This document shows positions 28,030-37,650 of a stretch of DNA of 38,646 bases, one piece after another. The translations under genes and the position numbers were made by a program. The first letter of the stretch is position 1. Each line of letters opens with the position of its first letter. Below the pieces are notes generated by a model. The model ran no database searches. It had not been told where the DNA came from and was given only the letters and a program-made list of their open reading frames with translations. Source of the stretch: Nitrospirae bacterium RIFCSPHIGHO2_01_FULL_66_17 (GTDB lineage: Bacteria; Nitrospirota; Nitrospiria; 2-01-FULL-66-17); assembly GCA_001803875.1 (NCBI GenBank), contig MHEO01000019.1:4394-43039 (forward strand). Direction: 5' to 3'.

Positions 28030-30324
28030 ATGGCGTCATCGCGTAGGCCCCGCCGTCGCCGCCGCGGTCGCTGGGCGGTCTGGCTTGTCCTCGCCGTGGG
28101 GGCGGGCTATCTCGGCTCGCTATACCTGACGGTCACGTCCCGATTCGAGGGGCCGCGGTGGAAGGTGCCCTCCACGGTGTACGCCGAACCGGTCACAATC
28201 TATCCCGGGATGGATCTGGCCGCCCACCAGATCCACGATCGACTCCTGCGTCTCGGGTACGGCCCGGTCGCGGGCGGGCCCACTCGTCCCGGTGAATTTC
28301 GATGGACCGACGACCGCCTGGATTTGTACTTGCAGGATTTCGTCTATCCCGACCATCGCGTTCAGGGATTTCCGGTCGCCGCCGATCTCCGCAACCACCG
28401 GGTGGAGCGGCTCGTCCGTTCGGACGACGGTGTCTCGATCCCCAGCGTCGACCTGGAGCCCGAGGTGATCGCGGGCCTCTTCGACGAAAGCTGGGAGGGG
28501 CGCCGGCTGGTCCGCCTCGCCGACGTGCCGCCGGCCCTCGTGGACGCGATCGTCTCCATCGAGGATGTCCGGTTTTACAACCACTGGGGCATCGATCCGC
28601 GCGCGATCGCTCGGGCCCTGTGGACCGACCTGAAGGAGAGAGAATTCGCCCAGGGCGGCAGCACGCTGACCCAGCAACTCGTCAAGAATTTCTATCTCAC
28701 CCAGGAGCGGACGCTGTACCGAAAGGCCACCGAGGCCCTCATGGCGCTGATGCTCGAGGCACGGTACAGCAAGGGCGAGATCCTGGAGGCATACCTCAAC
28801 GAGATCTATCTCGGCCAGCGGGGCGACATGGGGGTGTACGGGGTGGGCGAGGCGTCGATCCTCTATTTCGGGAAGGACGTCGAGCGCCTCACCCCGGCGG
28901 AGTCCGCCCTCCTGGCCGGGATGATTCGCTCGCCCCGCGCCTACAACCCGCAGACCGACCCGGACCGCGCGCGCGCCCGGCGGGATCGGGTGATCCGTCG
29001 CATGGTGGAGCTGGGGAAGATCGGCGCCGCCAACGCCGACGCGGCCCTGACGGATCCGGTGCCGACGCGCCCCAAGGCGCGCACCGCGGTACGCGCGCCC
29101 TACGTGGCCGACGTGGTCCGTGAGCAGCTCGAACGTCTCTATTCGCGCGACGTGCTCACGTCGGAGGGGCTTCGCATCTTCACGAGCCTCGACGTGGAGA
29201 AGCAGCGCGCGGCCGAGGAGGCGCTGCGGGCCGGTCTTGCCGGTCTCGAGCGGCGCCTGCCGAAGGGGCCCGAGCCGTTGCAGGGCGGGGTGATCGTCAT
29301 GCAGCCGCAGACCGGCCATATCCTAGCCCTGATCGGCGGCCGGGACTACGGCGAGACCCAGTTCAACCGGATGACCCAGGCGCGGCGGCAGCCCGGCTCG
29401 CTGTTCAAGCCGATCGCGTACCTGGCCGCGCTGCGCAAGGACGCGGAGACCGGCGCCCCGCGCTACACGCCGGTGAGCGTGGTTGAGGATGTCCCCGTGA
29501 CGGTGATGGCGAACGGCCAGCCGTGGACGCCGCAGAACTACGACAAGGTCTACCACGGCCCGGTCACGCTGCGCACCGCCCTCGAATACTCGTTCAATGC
29601 CGCGGCGGTCGGCGTCGCCCAGGCGATCGGGGTCGAGCGCATCATCGAGACGGCACGGGCGCTGGGCCTCACGACGCCTCTCCCGCCGGTGCCGTCGCTG
29701 GTGCTCGGCACGTCGGAGGTCATCCCCCTGGAGCTGGCCGCGGCCTACGCCGTGCTGGCGAACTTCGGCGCCAGGACGGAGCCCTTGATGATCAAGGCGG
29801 TCATGGACCGGGACGGCCAAGTCCTGGCCCGCAAGGAGATCGCGGTCGACCAGGTCGTCTCGCCCGAGGAGGCGTACCTGATCACGTCGCTCTTGCGGGG
29901 CGTGGTCGAGCGCGGCACCGGTCGCGGCGTGCGCGCGCTGGGGTTTGACCGGCCGGTCGCGGGGAAAACGGGCACCACCAGCGACTTCCGGGACGCCTGG
30001 TTCGTCGGCTACACCCCGGAAACGCTGGCGCTCGTGTGGGTGGGGTACGACCACAATCAGTCGCTCCACCTCACGGGGGCGCAGGCGGCGTTGCCGATCT
30101 GGACCGACGTCATGCGCCGCGTGACGGCCGGGGAGCCGATCACCGACTTCACGCCGCCCCCCGGGATCGTGCTGCGCCGCATCGATCCGGCGAGCGGTCT
30201 GTTGAGCAACAGCCGGTGCCCCGACGCGATCACCGAGGCGTTCCTGGCCGGCACCGAGCCGACCGGATCGTGCGCGGGCGGCCCGCCTCGCTTCCTGCGA
30301 TGGCTGCGCCAGGTGTGGGGGTGA
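28030..30324 (+). CDS. mrcB: Class A penicillin-binding protein, PBP1B-like (TM + UB2H-like insert + glycosyltransferase + transpeptidase)
   Basis: Arg-rich N-terminus and TM segment (WAVWLVLAVGAGYL). About 130 aa lie between the TM and GT51 domains, where PBP1B carries UB2H. GT51 motifs are present (IEDVRFYNHWGID, GGSTLTQQLVKN, RKATEALMALMLE). So are the TP motifs SxxK (GSLFK), SxN (SFN) and KTG (GKTGTT). Confidence 0.9.
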   Translation: MASSRRPRRRRRGRWAVWLVLAVGAGYLGSLYLTVTSRFEGPRWKVPSTVYAEPVTIYPGMDLAAHQIHDRLLRLGYGPVAGGPTRPGEFRWTDDRLDLYLQDFVYPDHRVQGFPVAADLRNHRVERLVRSDDGVSIPSVDLEPEVIAGLFDESWEGRRLVRLADVPPALVDAIVSIEDVRFYNHWGIDPRAIARALWTDLKEREFAQGGSTLTQQLVKNFYLTQERTLYRKATEALMALMLEARYSKGEILEAYLNEIYLGQRGDMGVYGVGEASILYFGKDVERLTPAESALLAGMIRSPRAYNPQTDPDRARARRDRVIRRMVELGKIGAANADAALTDPVPTRPKARTAVRAPYVADVVREQLERLYSRDVLTSEGLRIFTSLDVEKQRAAEEALRAGLAGLERRLPKGPEPLQGGVIVMQPQTGHILALIGGRDYGETQFNRMTQARRQPGSLFKPIAYLAALRKDAETGAPRYTPVSVVEDVPVTVMANGQPWTPQNYDKVYHGPVTLRTALEYSFNAAAVGVAQAIGVERIIETARALGLTTPLPPVPSLVLGTSEVIPLELAAAYAVLANFGARTEPLMIKAVMDRDGQVLARKEIAVDQVVSPEEAYLITSLLRGVVERGTGRGVRALGFDRPVAGKTGTTSDFRDAWFVGYTPETLALVWVGYDHNQSLHLTGAQAALPIWTDVMRRVTAGEPITDFTPPPGIVLRRIDPASGLLSNSRCPDAITEAFLAGTEPTGSCAGGPPRFLRWLRQVWG

Positions 30325-30827
30325 CCATCCGGGTTCGCATCGCGCTCGCGACCGTCGCGCTGCTGGGCGGGCTTCTCGCCTGCGCGCTCGAACGGCCGCT
30401 GCCCTCCGACGAGCCGATTCCGCCGGACGCCTCGGCGGCGCCGCAGGTGGTCGCCGCGTATCACCTCGTCGAAGATGGGCGGCAGCAACTGGCGATCGGC
30501 CAGACGGCCGCGGCGATCGCGACCTTCCAGAAGGCCCTCGCGCTGGCGCCGTCGAGTCCCCACGCCAATTTCGCGCTGGGCGAGGCGAAACTCCGGCAGG
30601 CGGACTATCGCGCGGCGCTGATCTATGGCGATCGGGTGGCCCGCCTGGTGGGGAACGATCCCGAGTGGCGGCGGCGCGTGGCGCTGCTGCGCGGCCAGGC
30701 GTACGAAGGCGCCGGGGACATGGCGCGCGCGCGCGAGGCGTACCTCGACGTCCTCAGGCTTGACCCCGGCAGCGGCGAAGCGCGCGACGGTCTGGGGCGC
30801 CTCGGCGACGCCCCGCCCATCCCGTAA
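30321..30827 (+). CDS. TPR-repeat lipoprotein, candidate LpoP-like PBP1B partner
   Basis: Signal peptide with a lipobox (ALLGGLLAC), a Pro-rich linker (ERPLPSDEPIPPDASAAPQ), then TPR-like repeats (AIATFQKALALAPSSPHANFALGEA.., GDMARAREAYLDVLRLDPGSGEA). GTG 30321 overlaps the mrcB stop (GTGA); ATG 30300 is an alternative start. The track ORF 30036-30827 is an upstream extension. Confidence 0.7.
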   Translation: MTIRVRIALATVALLGGLLACALERPLPSDEPIPPDASAAPQVVAAYHLVEDGRQQLAIGQTAAAIATFQKALALAPSSPHANFALGEAKLRQADYRAALIYGDRVARLVGNDPEWRRRVALLRGQAYEGAGDMARAREAYLDVLRLDPGSGEARDGLGRLGDAPPIP

Positions 30828-30875
30828 CGGCGCAATGGTCTCGCCGTCATCGGGCTCCGCTTCCTGGAGCGTCGC

Positions 30876-33065
30876 ATGACGCGGCGTCGGTGGCCCCTGT
30901 CCGGTGGACGGCGGGCGCTCGGAGCGGCCGCGCTTGCGGTCGGCCTGCTGGTCCTCGCGCTCGCCGCGGTTCCGTTCTTTGTCGATCTCGATCGGTACCG
31001 GGACCGGTGGCTGCCCGCCGTCGAATCCGCGCTCGGGCACCGGGTGGAGGTGGGGCGCGTCGAGCTCACGGTGCTGACGGGGCTGGGCGCGCGGGTGGAC
31101 GGTCTGGCGGTCCACGGCGATCCGGCCGACCCCGAGCCCCTCCTCGCGGTGGAGTCGGTCCGCCTCCGCGTCCGGCTGCTTCCGCTCCTCCGCGGCCGCG
31201 TGGTCGTTGCGCGGGCGGTCCTCATCCGCCCCGCCCTTCGGTTCGTTGCACGCGCCGCCGGCCCGCCCGCCGCGGACGGCCCGCACGCCGGCGTCGGCGC
31301 ATCCCCCGACCAGCCGCCTGATTCGGCCCAGCCGAACGCATCCCGTTTCGGGCTGGCCGCCCTGTCGCTCGCCGACCTGACGATCCGGGACGGCTTGCTC
31401 TCCTACGAGGACCGGTCGGGAGGGGGGGCGGCCCGCTACGAATTGGATCGGATCGACGCGACACTCGCGCGCGTCGCGGTCGGCGAGACCCTCGCGGTGG
31501 ACGCGACGGGGCGTCTCGCGGGTGCCGACCTCCCGGTCTCGCTCACCGCGACGGCGGGCCCGCTGGACGCCACGTTCAAGCCCGCCGCTCTCGACGCGGC
31601 GCTCCAGATCGGCGACAGCCGCGTGACGCTCACCGGCACAACCGAGGCGGCGGGGCTCTCCCTGTCGGCTCGGGCCGAGCGCCTTGACCTGACGCAGCTT
31701 CTTGCGGCGACCCGCCGACTGACCGGTGCCGTGCCCGCGGCCCTCGCGCTCTCGGGTTCGGGCGCGTTCGCGCTGGCGGCGCGGCCGGCTGGCGATCGGT
31801 ACGAGCTCGACGGCCGGATCGACCTCGATGCCGCCCGCGTCGCTTACGGGACGTGGTTTGCGAAGCCCGAAGGCGTGCCGTGCTCGGCGGCGTTCACCGG
31901 CGCGTTGAGTCGGGACGAGGCGCGGACGCCTCAGGTGGCGCTGTCCGCCGTCACGGTGCGCCTGCATACCGTCGAGGCCACAGGGCGCGCGACGGTCGCG
32001 CTCGGCGGCCGCTTCTTGGTGCCGTTTTACGAGCGGATCGTCGGACGGGGGGAGCTCGACACAGGCGATACGCCGCTTGACGGCTGGGAGCGCCTCGTCC
32101 CGGCCCTGGGGGGCGGCGCGCTGTCCGGGCGCGCGCGGCTCCGGGCGGCGTGGGCGCTCGACGCGGCTCACCCGCCCGCGTACACCGCGTCGGTCCGCCT
32201 CACCGACGCGCGGGTGGCGGTTGGGGGATGGGCCAAGCCGATCGAGGGCGTCACCGGCACGGTGGCGCTGGAGCGCGGGGTGGTGGTGCTCAAGTCGGTC
32301 ACGGCGAGGGTGGACGACGGCGCCGTGACCCTCCGCGGCCGGATCGACCCGTTCGCGCCGAAGCCCGCGTTCGATCTCGACGTCGGCGTGGATCGGGTGC
32401 AGGCGGCCGACGTCTTGGCGCGCTTCACCTCGCTCAAGGACTTTCTTTCCGGTCGGCTGACGGGCCAGGTGGCGCTCTCGGGGGTGGGGACGACGTGGGA
32501 AGACCTCGCGCCCACGCTGACCGGGCGGGGCGAGCTGGCGGTGACGGAGGGCGTGTTTCGGACGTTCAACGTCCTCAAGGATCTGCTGGGATCGGCGGAG
32601 GCGCTGGAGACGAGCCGGCTGGCCGAGCGGCCCGACACGCCGTTCGACCGCTTTGCGGCCTTGATCGAGATCCGCGACCAGGCGCTGCGCATCCAGGACG
32701 CCCGGCTTTCCGCGGGGGAGTTCGGCGCGACCGCTGATGGTGTCGTCGGGTTCGACTCGTCGATCGATGCCCGGGCGCGGGTGAGCGTGCCGCGGGCGTC
32801 GGTCGGCGGATTCGCCAACACCGCCATCGGAGCCGCACTGGCGGGCGACGACGGTCGCCTCCACATCCCGGTCCGCCTTTCGGGACGGCTTCCGAAGCCG
32901 GCCGTCGCCCTGGACCGGACCGCAGCGCTGGATGAGGCGACGCAGCGCCTGCGCAAGCGGGCGAGCGAGACGCTGCGCGAGTTCCTGGATCAGCCGGAGT
33001 CGGATGGGAAAGCGTCCCCCCGGGACCTGCTCAAAGGGTTGCTGAAGCGGGAAGACGGTCGGTGA
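30876..33065 (+). CDS. AsmA family outer-membrane biogenesis / lipid transport protein, 729 aa
   Basis: N-terminal TM anchor followed by AsmA-like repeats (VGRVELTVLTGLGARVDGLAV.., LLRGRVVVARAVLIRP, C-terminal LSGRLPKPAVALD). Long beta-rich periplasmic protein. Confidence 0.75.
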   Translation: MTRRRWPLSGGRRALGAAALAVGLLVLALAAVPFFVDLDRYRDRWLPAVESALGHRVEVGRVELTVLTGLGARVDGLAVHGDPADPEPLLAVESVRLRVRLLPLLRGRVVVARAVLIRPALRFVARAAGPPAADGPHAGVGASPDQPPDSAQPNASRFGLAALSLADLTIRDGLLSYEDRSGGGAARYELDRIDATLARVAVGETLAVDATGRLAGADLPVSLTATAGPLDATFKPAALDAALQIGDSRVTLTGTTEAAGLSLSARAERLDLTQLLAATRRLTGAVPAALALSGSGAFALAARPAGDRYELDGRIDLDAARVAYGTWFAKPEGVPCSAAFTGALSRDEARTPQVALSAVTVRLHTVEATGRATVALGGRFLVPFYERIVGRGELDTGDTPLDGWERLVPALGGGALSGRARLRAAWALDAAHPPAYTASVRLTDARVAVGGWAKPIEGVTGTVALERGVVVLKSVTARVDDGAVTLRGRIDPFAPKPAFDLDVGVDRVQAADVLARFTSLKDFLSGRLTGQVALSGVGTTWEDLAPTLTGRGELAVTEGVFRTFNVLKDLLGSAEALETSRLAERPDTPFDRFAALIEIRDQALRIQDARLSAGEFGATADGVVGFDSSIDARARVSVPRASVGGFANTAIGAALAGDDGRLHIPVRLSGRLPKPAVALDRTAALDEATQRLRKRASETLREFLDQPESDGKASPRDLLKGLLKREDGR

Positions 33066-33071
33066 CGGGTC

Positions 33072-33089
33072 GTCGCGCGATCGCGCGAC
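33072..33089. terminator. Perfect 18-nt palindrome in the 24-nt gap between convergent genes
   Basis: GTCGCGCGATCGCGCGAC is fully self-complementary. It could act as a bidirectional hairpin terminator or as a protein-binding site. Confidence 0.3.
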
Positions 33090-33755
33090 CTACCGCGAGC
33101 GGGAACGGCCGCGCGGCTTCTTGTCCGCGACGGCGAGCCGGCACTCCTGGATCCGCTTGCGGAGGGTGTTCCGGTTCATCCCCAGCAGGTCGGCCGCGCG
33201 GCGCTGGTTGCCGCCGGTCTCCTTGAGCGCGAACGCGATCAAGGGCCGCTCGACCTCCTTCATCAAGAAGCCGTAGAGATCCCGGCCGCCGCTCTCGCTG
33301 AAGGCGTGGACGAACGCCTGGAGCTTCTTCTGGACGAAGCCGTCCAGGAACTCCCCTTCAGGGCTTTCCTGTGCCGGCGAGGTTGTGGCGGTGCGCGCCT
33401 GGCCGGGCGGCGAGGACAGGGCCCGCCCGACGGCCTGGATCTCGGCCGCGGTCTGCTGGAGCAGGGGGCCGGGGGCGATGATGACGTAGCTTTTGGATTT
33501 GGTCTCGATCAGGCGGCGAAGGCGCGCGCCGTCCTTGTCCCACTCGGCGGGCGTCTCCGCGACGATCATCCCGAACCGGTCTGCCTCGATCGGCGGGACC
33601 TGCGTCAGCCGCCTGCGGGTGATGGTCACGCCGGCGTCGGCCCCGTCCGGAAACGCGAGCGGCAACTGGGCGCTCGCGTTGACCACGAGCATCCGAAGCC
33701 GTTTCGCGTCGGGGGAGGGAGCGGGAATGGATTTGGCTTTCGATCGGGCGAGCAT
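33090..33755 (-). CDS. Fis-family DNA-binding protein with an uncharacterised N-terminal domain, 221 aa
   Basis: The C-terminal ~70 aa parallel Fis (DLYGFLMKEVERPLIAFALKETGGNQRRAADLLGMNRNTLRKRI). I could not assign the N-terminal ~110 aa; it may be a degenerate receiver-like fold. Confidence 0.75.
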   Translation of the reverse strand: MLARSKAKSIPAPSPDAKRLRMLVVNASAQLPLAFPDGADAGVTITRRRLTQVPPIEADRFGMIVAETPAEWDKDGARLRRLIETKSKSYVIIAPGPLLQQTAAEIQAVGRALSSPPGQARTATTSPAQESPEGEFLDGFVQKKLQAFVHAFSESGGRDLYGFLMKEVERPLIAFALKETGGNQRRAADLLGMNRNTLRKRIQECRLAVADKKPRGRSRSR

Positions 33756-33846
33756 GCGCGAAGAAGACGTTGGGTGCCAGTCGTTTCGGCTCCGTTAAGG
33801 AGCACTCTTCTAGCACAGAGCGTCGGGACGTGTCAACCGCGCGCTG

Positions 33847-34455
33847 TCACGCCGCGGGACGCGCGGCGACGAGCCGGCGCAGAAAGTAGCGGTGGACGCG
33901 GTCGTCGTCGGTCAGCTCGGGGTGAAACGCGCTCGCCAGGATCGCGCCCTCGCGGACCAGGACCGCGCGGTCGCGCCAGCGGGCGAGGATCTCGACCAGA
34001 GGTCCCGCCTCCGCGACGAACGGCGCGCGGATGAACAGCGCGCGGAGCGGCGACGCGCCGAAGAGGGGCGCGTCGATCACGGTCTCGCAGCTCTCGATCT
34101 GCCGGCCGAACGCGTTGCGCCGTACGGTGACGTCGAGCAGACCGAGACGGGGTTGGTCCGGCGTCTCCTCGATCCGCTTCGCGAGGAGGATCAGCCCCGC
34201 GCACGTTCCGAAGAGGGGCAGGCCGCGCCGTCGGTGGTGGTCCTGGATGGCCGCGTCGAGGCCGCTCTTCTTCAGCAGCAGGCCGATCGTGGTGCTCTCG
34301 CCGCCGGGCAGGATGAGGCCGTCGATGCGGTCAAGATCGGCGGGCGACTTCACGGGGAGGGGGATGGCGCCGAGGCGCGCGAGGACCTCGCAGTGGGGAC
34401 CCACGTCGCCCTGGACCGCCAGCACGCCGATCCGGAGCTCGGAGGGCGTCACCAT
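33847..34455 (-). CDS. pdxT: Pyridoxal 5'-phosphate synthase glutaminase subunit PdxT, 202 aa
   Basis: [28 protein letters not shown] (catalytic Cys) and FHPELT. The ATG overlaps the pdxS stop by 7 nt. The track ORF 33847-35316 is an upstream extension antisense-frame artefact. Confidence 0.93.
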   Translation of the reverse strand: MVTPSELRIGVLAVQGDVGPHCEVLARLGAIPLPVKSPADLDRIDGLILPGGESTTIGLLLKKSGLDAAIQDHHRRRGLPLFGTCAGLILLAKRIEETPDQPRLGLLDVTVRRNAFGRQIESCETVIDAPLFGASPLRALFIRAPFVAEAGPLVEILARWRDRAVLVREGAILASAFHPELTDDDRVHRYFLRRLVAARPAA

Positions 34456-35330
34456 CCGCGGTGTTGGAGCAACTCCTTCTCGTCGAGCTTGCGGACGTCG
34501 AGTCCTTCCATGGCGCCGGGCAGGTCCTCCGACACCCGGGCCACGACCTCGGGTTGGTCGTAGTAGGTGGTCGCCTCCACGATGGCGCGCGCGCGGGCCT
34601 TGGGGTCGCGCGACTTGAAGATCCCCGAGCCCACGAACAGGGCCTCGGCGCCGAGCAGCCGCAGGAGCGCGGCGTCGGCGGGCGTGGCGATGCCGCCCGC
34701 GGCGAAGTTCGGCACGGGCAGCTTGCCGGTCTTCGCCACCTCGACCACCAAGTGGTACGGCGCGCCGAGCGTCTTGGCTTCGGCCATGAGTGTTTCGGAC
34801 GGCGCGACCGACAGGCGGCGCATCTGTTCCACGATCTGCCGCAGGTGGCGCACGGCTTCGACCACGTTGCCGGAGCCGGCCTCGCCCTTGGTGCGGATCA
34901 TCGCCGCGCCCTCGCCGATCCGGCGGAGGGCCTCGCCCAGGTCCCGGGCGCCGCAGACGAAGGGCGCCTCGAAGCGGTGCTTGTCGACGTGGTGATGCTC
35001 GTCGGCGGGCGTGAGGACCTCGCTCTCGTCGATGAAGTCGACGCCGAGGTGCTGGAGGATCTGGGCTTCGGCGAGGTGGCCGATCCGGCACTTGGCCATC
35101 ACGGGGATGGTGACCGCCTCCATGATCGCCTTGATGATCTTGGGGTCCGCCATGCGCGCGACACCGCCCTGGGCCCGGATGTCGGCGGGCACGCGCTCCA
35201 GCGCCATCACCGCGACGGCGCCCGCCTCCTCGGCGATGCGCGCCTGATCGGGCGTGGTAACGTCCATGATCACGCCGCCCTTGAGCATCTCGGCCAGCCC
35301 CACCTTCACCTTCCACGTGCCCTGTTCCAT
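34449..35330 (-). CDS. pdxS: Pyridoxal 5'-phosphate synthase lyase subunit PdxS, 293 aa
   Basis: [77 protein letters not shown] at the complement of 35328-35330, with an AGGGGAGG RBS. Only the 3' 882 nt of the 1112-aa track ORF are genic. Confidence 0.96.
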   Translation of the reverse strand: MEQGTWKVKVGLAEMLKGGVIMDVTTPDQARIAEEAGAVAVMALERVPADIRAQGGVARMADPKIIKAIMEAVTIPVMAKCRIGHLAEAQILQHLGVDFIDESEVLTPADEHHHVDKHRFEAPFVCGARDLGEALRRIGEGAAMIRTKGEAGSGNVVEAVRHLRQIVEQMRRLSVAPSETLMAEAKTLGAPYHLVVEVAKTGKLPVPNFAAGGIATPADAALLRLLGAEALFVGSGIFKSRDPKARARAIVEATTYYDQPEVVARVSEDLPGAMEGLDVRKLDEKELLQHRGW

Positions 35331-35393
35331 CGCCTCCCCTTTCCGCGTCTCGGTGCGGCCATTATAGTCGATCCGCCGGTCAAAATCCACGGC

Positions 35394-35423
35394 TTGAATT
35401 CCCGGCGGACGGCTTGGTATGCT
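35394..35423 (+). promoter_or_regulatory. Possible promoter for the GH57 gene (TTGAAT-18-TATGCT with a TG extension)
   Basis: TTGAAT at 35394-35399, an 18-nt spacer ending in TGG, and TATGCT at 35418-35423, about 34 nt upstream of the ATG at 35457. Confidence 0.4.
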
Positions 35424-35456
35424 CGGGGCGTCATCGCCAGCCGGACGCCCCAAACC

Positions 35457-37634
35457 ATGCAGCCGACCGTCGCCTTTGTCTGGCACATGCACCAACCCTA
35501 CTACGTGGACCGCGCCGCGATGACGACGCCGCTCCCCTGGGTGCGCCTCCACGGCATCAAGGCCTACTACGACATGGCCGTGCTGGCCGAGGCGTTTCCC
35601 GAGGCGCGGCAGACGTTCAACCTGACGCCGTCGCTCGTCGCGCAGATCCTCGAGCTCGCGGAGGGCCGCGTGACGGACCGGTACCGTGAGGTCACCCTGA
35701 CGCCCCCCGCGGACCTCTTCCCCCTGGACCGCGTGTTCGTGCTCCAGCACTTCTTCATGGCGCACTGGGATTCCATGATCAAGCCCGCCGCCCGCTACTG
35801 GAGCCTGCTGCTCAAGCGCGGGGTGACGGTCGACCCCGCGCAGTGGGCGGCCGTGACGCGGCGGTTCTCCACCCAGGACTTCCTCGACCTGCAGGTGTGG
35901 TTCAACCTCGCGTGGTTCGGCCACGCCGCCCGGGCCCGCCACCCGGAGATCGAGGAACTGCGGGCCAAGGGCGAGCGCTTCACCGAGGAGGACAAGCGCG
36001 TCGTGCTCGACCTCCAGTCGGCGGTGCTGCGCGACATCATCCCGAAGTATCGCGCCCTCCAGGAGGCCGGCGTGGTCGAGCTGACCACCAGCCCCTTCTA
36101 CCACCCGATCCTGCCCCTGCTGATCGACTCCGACGCAGCGCTGCGCGCCCAGCCCGACGCGCGTTTGCCGCAGCGCCTCACCGTGCCGGAGGACGCCCGC
36201 GAGCAGCTCGCGCGGGGGGTGGCCCTGCACGAGCGCGTCTTTGGCCGCCGGCCGGCGGGGCTCTGGCCGTCGGAGGGCTCGGTGTCGCCGGATCTCATCC
36301 CGCTCGTGCACGAGCAGGGGATCCGGTGGATCGCGACCGACGAGGGGATCCTGGCCAAGTCGCTGTCGGGCGGCGAGGCGGCGACGAGCCCCTACGTCCC
36401 CTATCGCGTGACGGTGCGCGACGCCGAGGTCGCCGTCGTCTTCCGCGACCGCACGCTGTCGGACCTCATCGGCTTTACCTACGCGAGAAACGCGCCGGAG
36501 GCGGCGGCCCGCGATTTCTTCGACCGCGTGGAGGCGATCGGCGCGCGCGAGCGGCCGCGCCCCGCGCTGGTCGCGGTGATCCTGGATGGCGAGAATCCCT
36601 GGGAAGCGTATCCCGACGGCGGCAAGGAGTTCCTGACGCAGGTGTATCGCCGCCTGGCCGCGCGCCAGGGGGCGCAGGCCTCGACCGTCGGCGACGCGAT
36701 CCGGAGCGCGCCGCTCGTCCAGCCGCTCGCCCACCTGCACAGCGGGTCGTGGATCAACCAGAATTTCAAGATCTGGATCGGCCACTCCGAGGACAACCAG
36801 GCGTGGACCTCGCTGCGCCGGACCCGCCAATTCCTCGCGAGCCGGGCGGCCCAGCCCGAGCGGTCGCCGGAGGCGGTCGCGGAGGCCTGGGACGCGCTGT
36901 ACGCCGCGGAGGGCAGCGACTGGTTCTGGTGGTACGGCGACGAATTTTCGAGCACGCTGGCCCCGGAGTTCGACCGGATCTTCCGCGGCCACCTCGCCCG
37001 CGTCTATTCGCTCTTCGGCGAGCCGGCGCCCCCCTTTCTCAAGCAGCCGATCAAGCTCGAGCGCGGCGAGCTGCCGATCCGGGAGCCGGTCGGCTTCATC
37101 ACCCCGACCATCGACGGCGTGGCGACCTCGTTCTACGAGTGGTGGTCCGCGAGCCACTACGTCGTCCGGAGCGACGCCGCCCAGATGTACTGCCCGGTGT
37201 CGTACCTCGATGGGATCTGGTACGGGTTCGACCGCGAGCACTTCTACCTGCGCCTCGACCTCGCGCCCGCCCTGGTCGGCGACGCGGGGCCGTACGACGG
37301 CTGCTGCCGGATCCTCGCCCCCCGCCCGGTCAAGCTCGTCTTCCCCTTCGCGCGCGACGCGGCGCGGTGCACGCTCCTGCGGGGGGACGGTTCGGTGAGC
37401 GACGGTGGCGAGGCCCCGTGGGCGGCCGCGCCGACGACCGCGCGGGTCGCGATCCGGAAGATCGTCGAGCTGGCGGTGCCGTTCGCCGATCTCGGGGTCA
37501 AGGAGGGCGAGCGGGTGGAGTTCGTCGTGGAGGTGTCCGAGGGCGGGATCGAACTCGACCACTATCCCGCCAAGCGGCCGTGCACGTTCGTCGTGCCGGG
37601 GCCGGATTTCGAAGCGATGATGTGGAGCGTGTGA
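35457..37634 (+). CDS. Glycoside hydrolase family 57 protein (alpha-glucan acting), 725 aa
   Basis: GH57 conserved regions are present: [19 protein letters not shown] (nucleophile Glu region), [10 protein letters not shown] (acid/base Asp region) and SDWFWWYG. The ATG at 35457 is in frame within the 1057-aa track ORF, whose 5' 1 kb is antisense to pdxS/pdxT. Confidence 0.9.
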   Translation: MQPTVAFVWHMHQPYYVDRAAMTTPLPWVRLHGIKAYYDMAVLAEAFPEARQTFNLTPSLVAQILELAEGRVTDRYREVTLTPPADLFPLDRVFVLQHFFMAHWDSMIKPAARYWSLLLKRGVTVDPAQWAAVTRRFSTQDFLDLQVWFNLAWFGHAARARHPEIEELRAKGERFTEEDKRVVLDLQSAVLRDIIPKYRALQEAGVVELTTSPFYHPILPLLIDSDAALRAQPDARLPQRLTVPEDAREQLARGVALHERVFGRRPAGLWPSEGSVSPDLIPLVHEQGIRWIATDEGILAKSLSGGEAATSPYVPYRVTVRDAEVAVVFRDRTLSDLIGFTYARNAPEAAARDFFDRVEAIGARERPRPALVAVILDGENPWEAYPDGGKEFLTQVYRRLAARQGAQASTVGDAIRSAPLVQPLAHLHSGSWINQNFKIWIGHSEDNQAWTSLRRTRQFLASRAAQPERSPEAVAEAWDALYAAEGSDWFWWYGDEFSSTLAPEFDRIFRGHLARVYSLFGEPAPPFLKQPIKLERGELPIREPVGFITPTIDGVATSFYEWWSASHYVVRSDAAQMYCPVSYLDGIWYGFDREHFYLRLDLAPALVGDAGPYDGCCRILAPRPVKLVFPFARDAARCTLLRGDGSVSDGGEAPWAAAPTTARVAIRKIVELAVPFADLGVKEGERVEFVVEVSEGGIELDHYPAKRPCTFVVPGPDFEAMMWSV

Positions 37635-37650
37635 ACCTGGGGGGAGCGTG

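Noticed and set aside
35331-35456. A pdxS promoter on the minus strand: TATAAT at the complement of 35361-35366, with TTGACC only 11 nt upstream.
   Set aside because: The spacing between the two good hexamers is far too short for a sigma70 -35/-10 pair, and the hexamer at the proper distance (TGGATT) is poor. The -10 element alone is not enough to call a feature.
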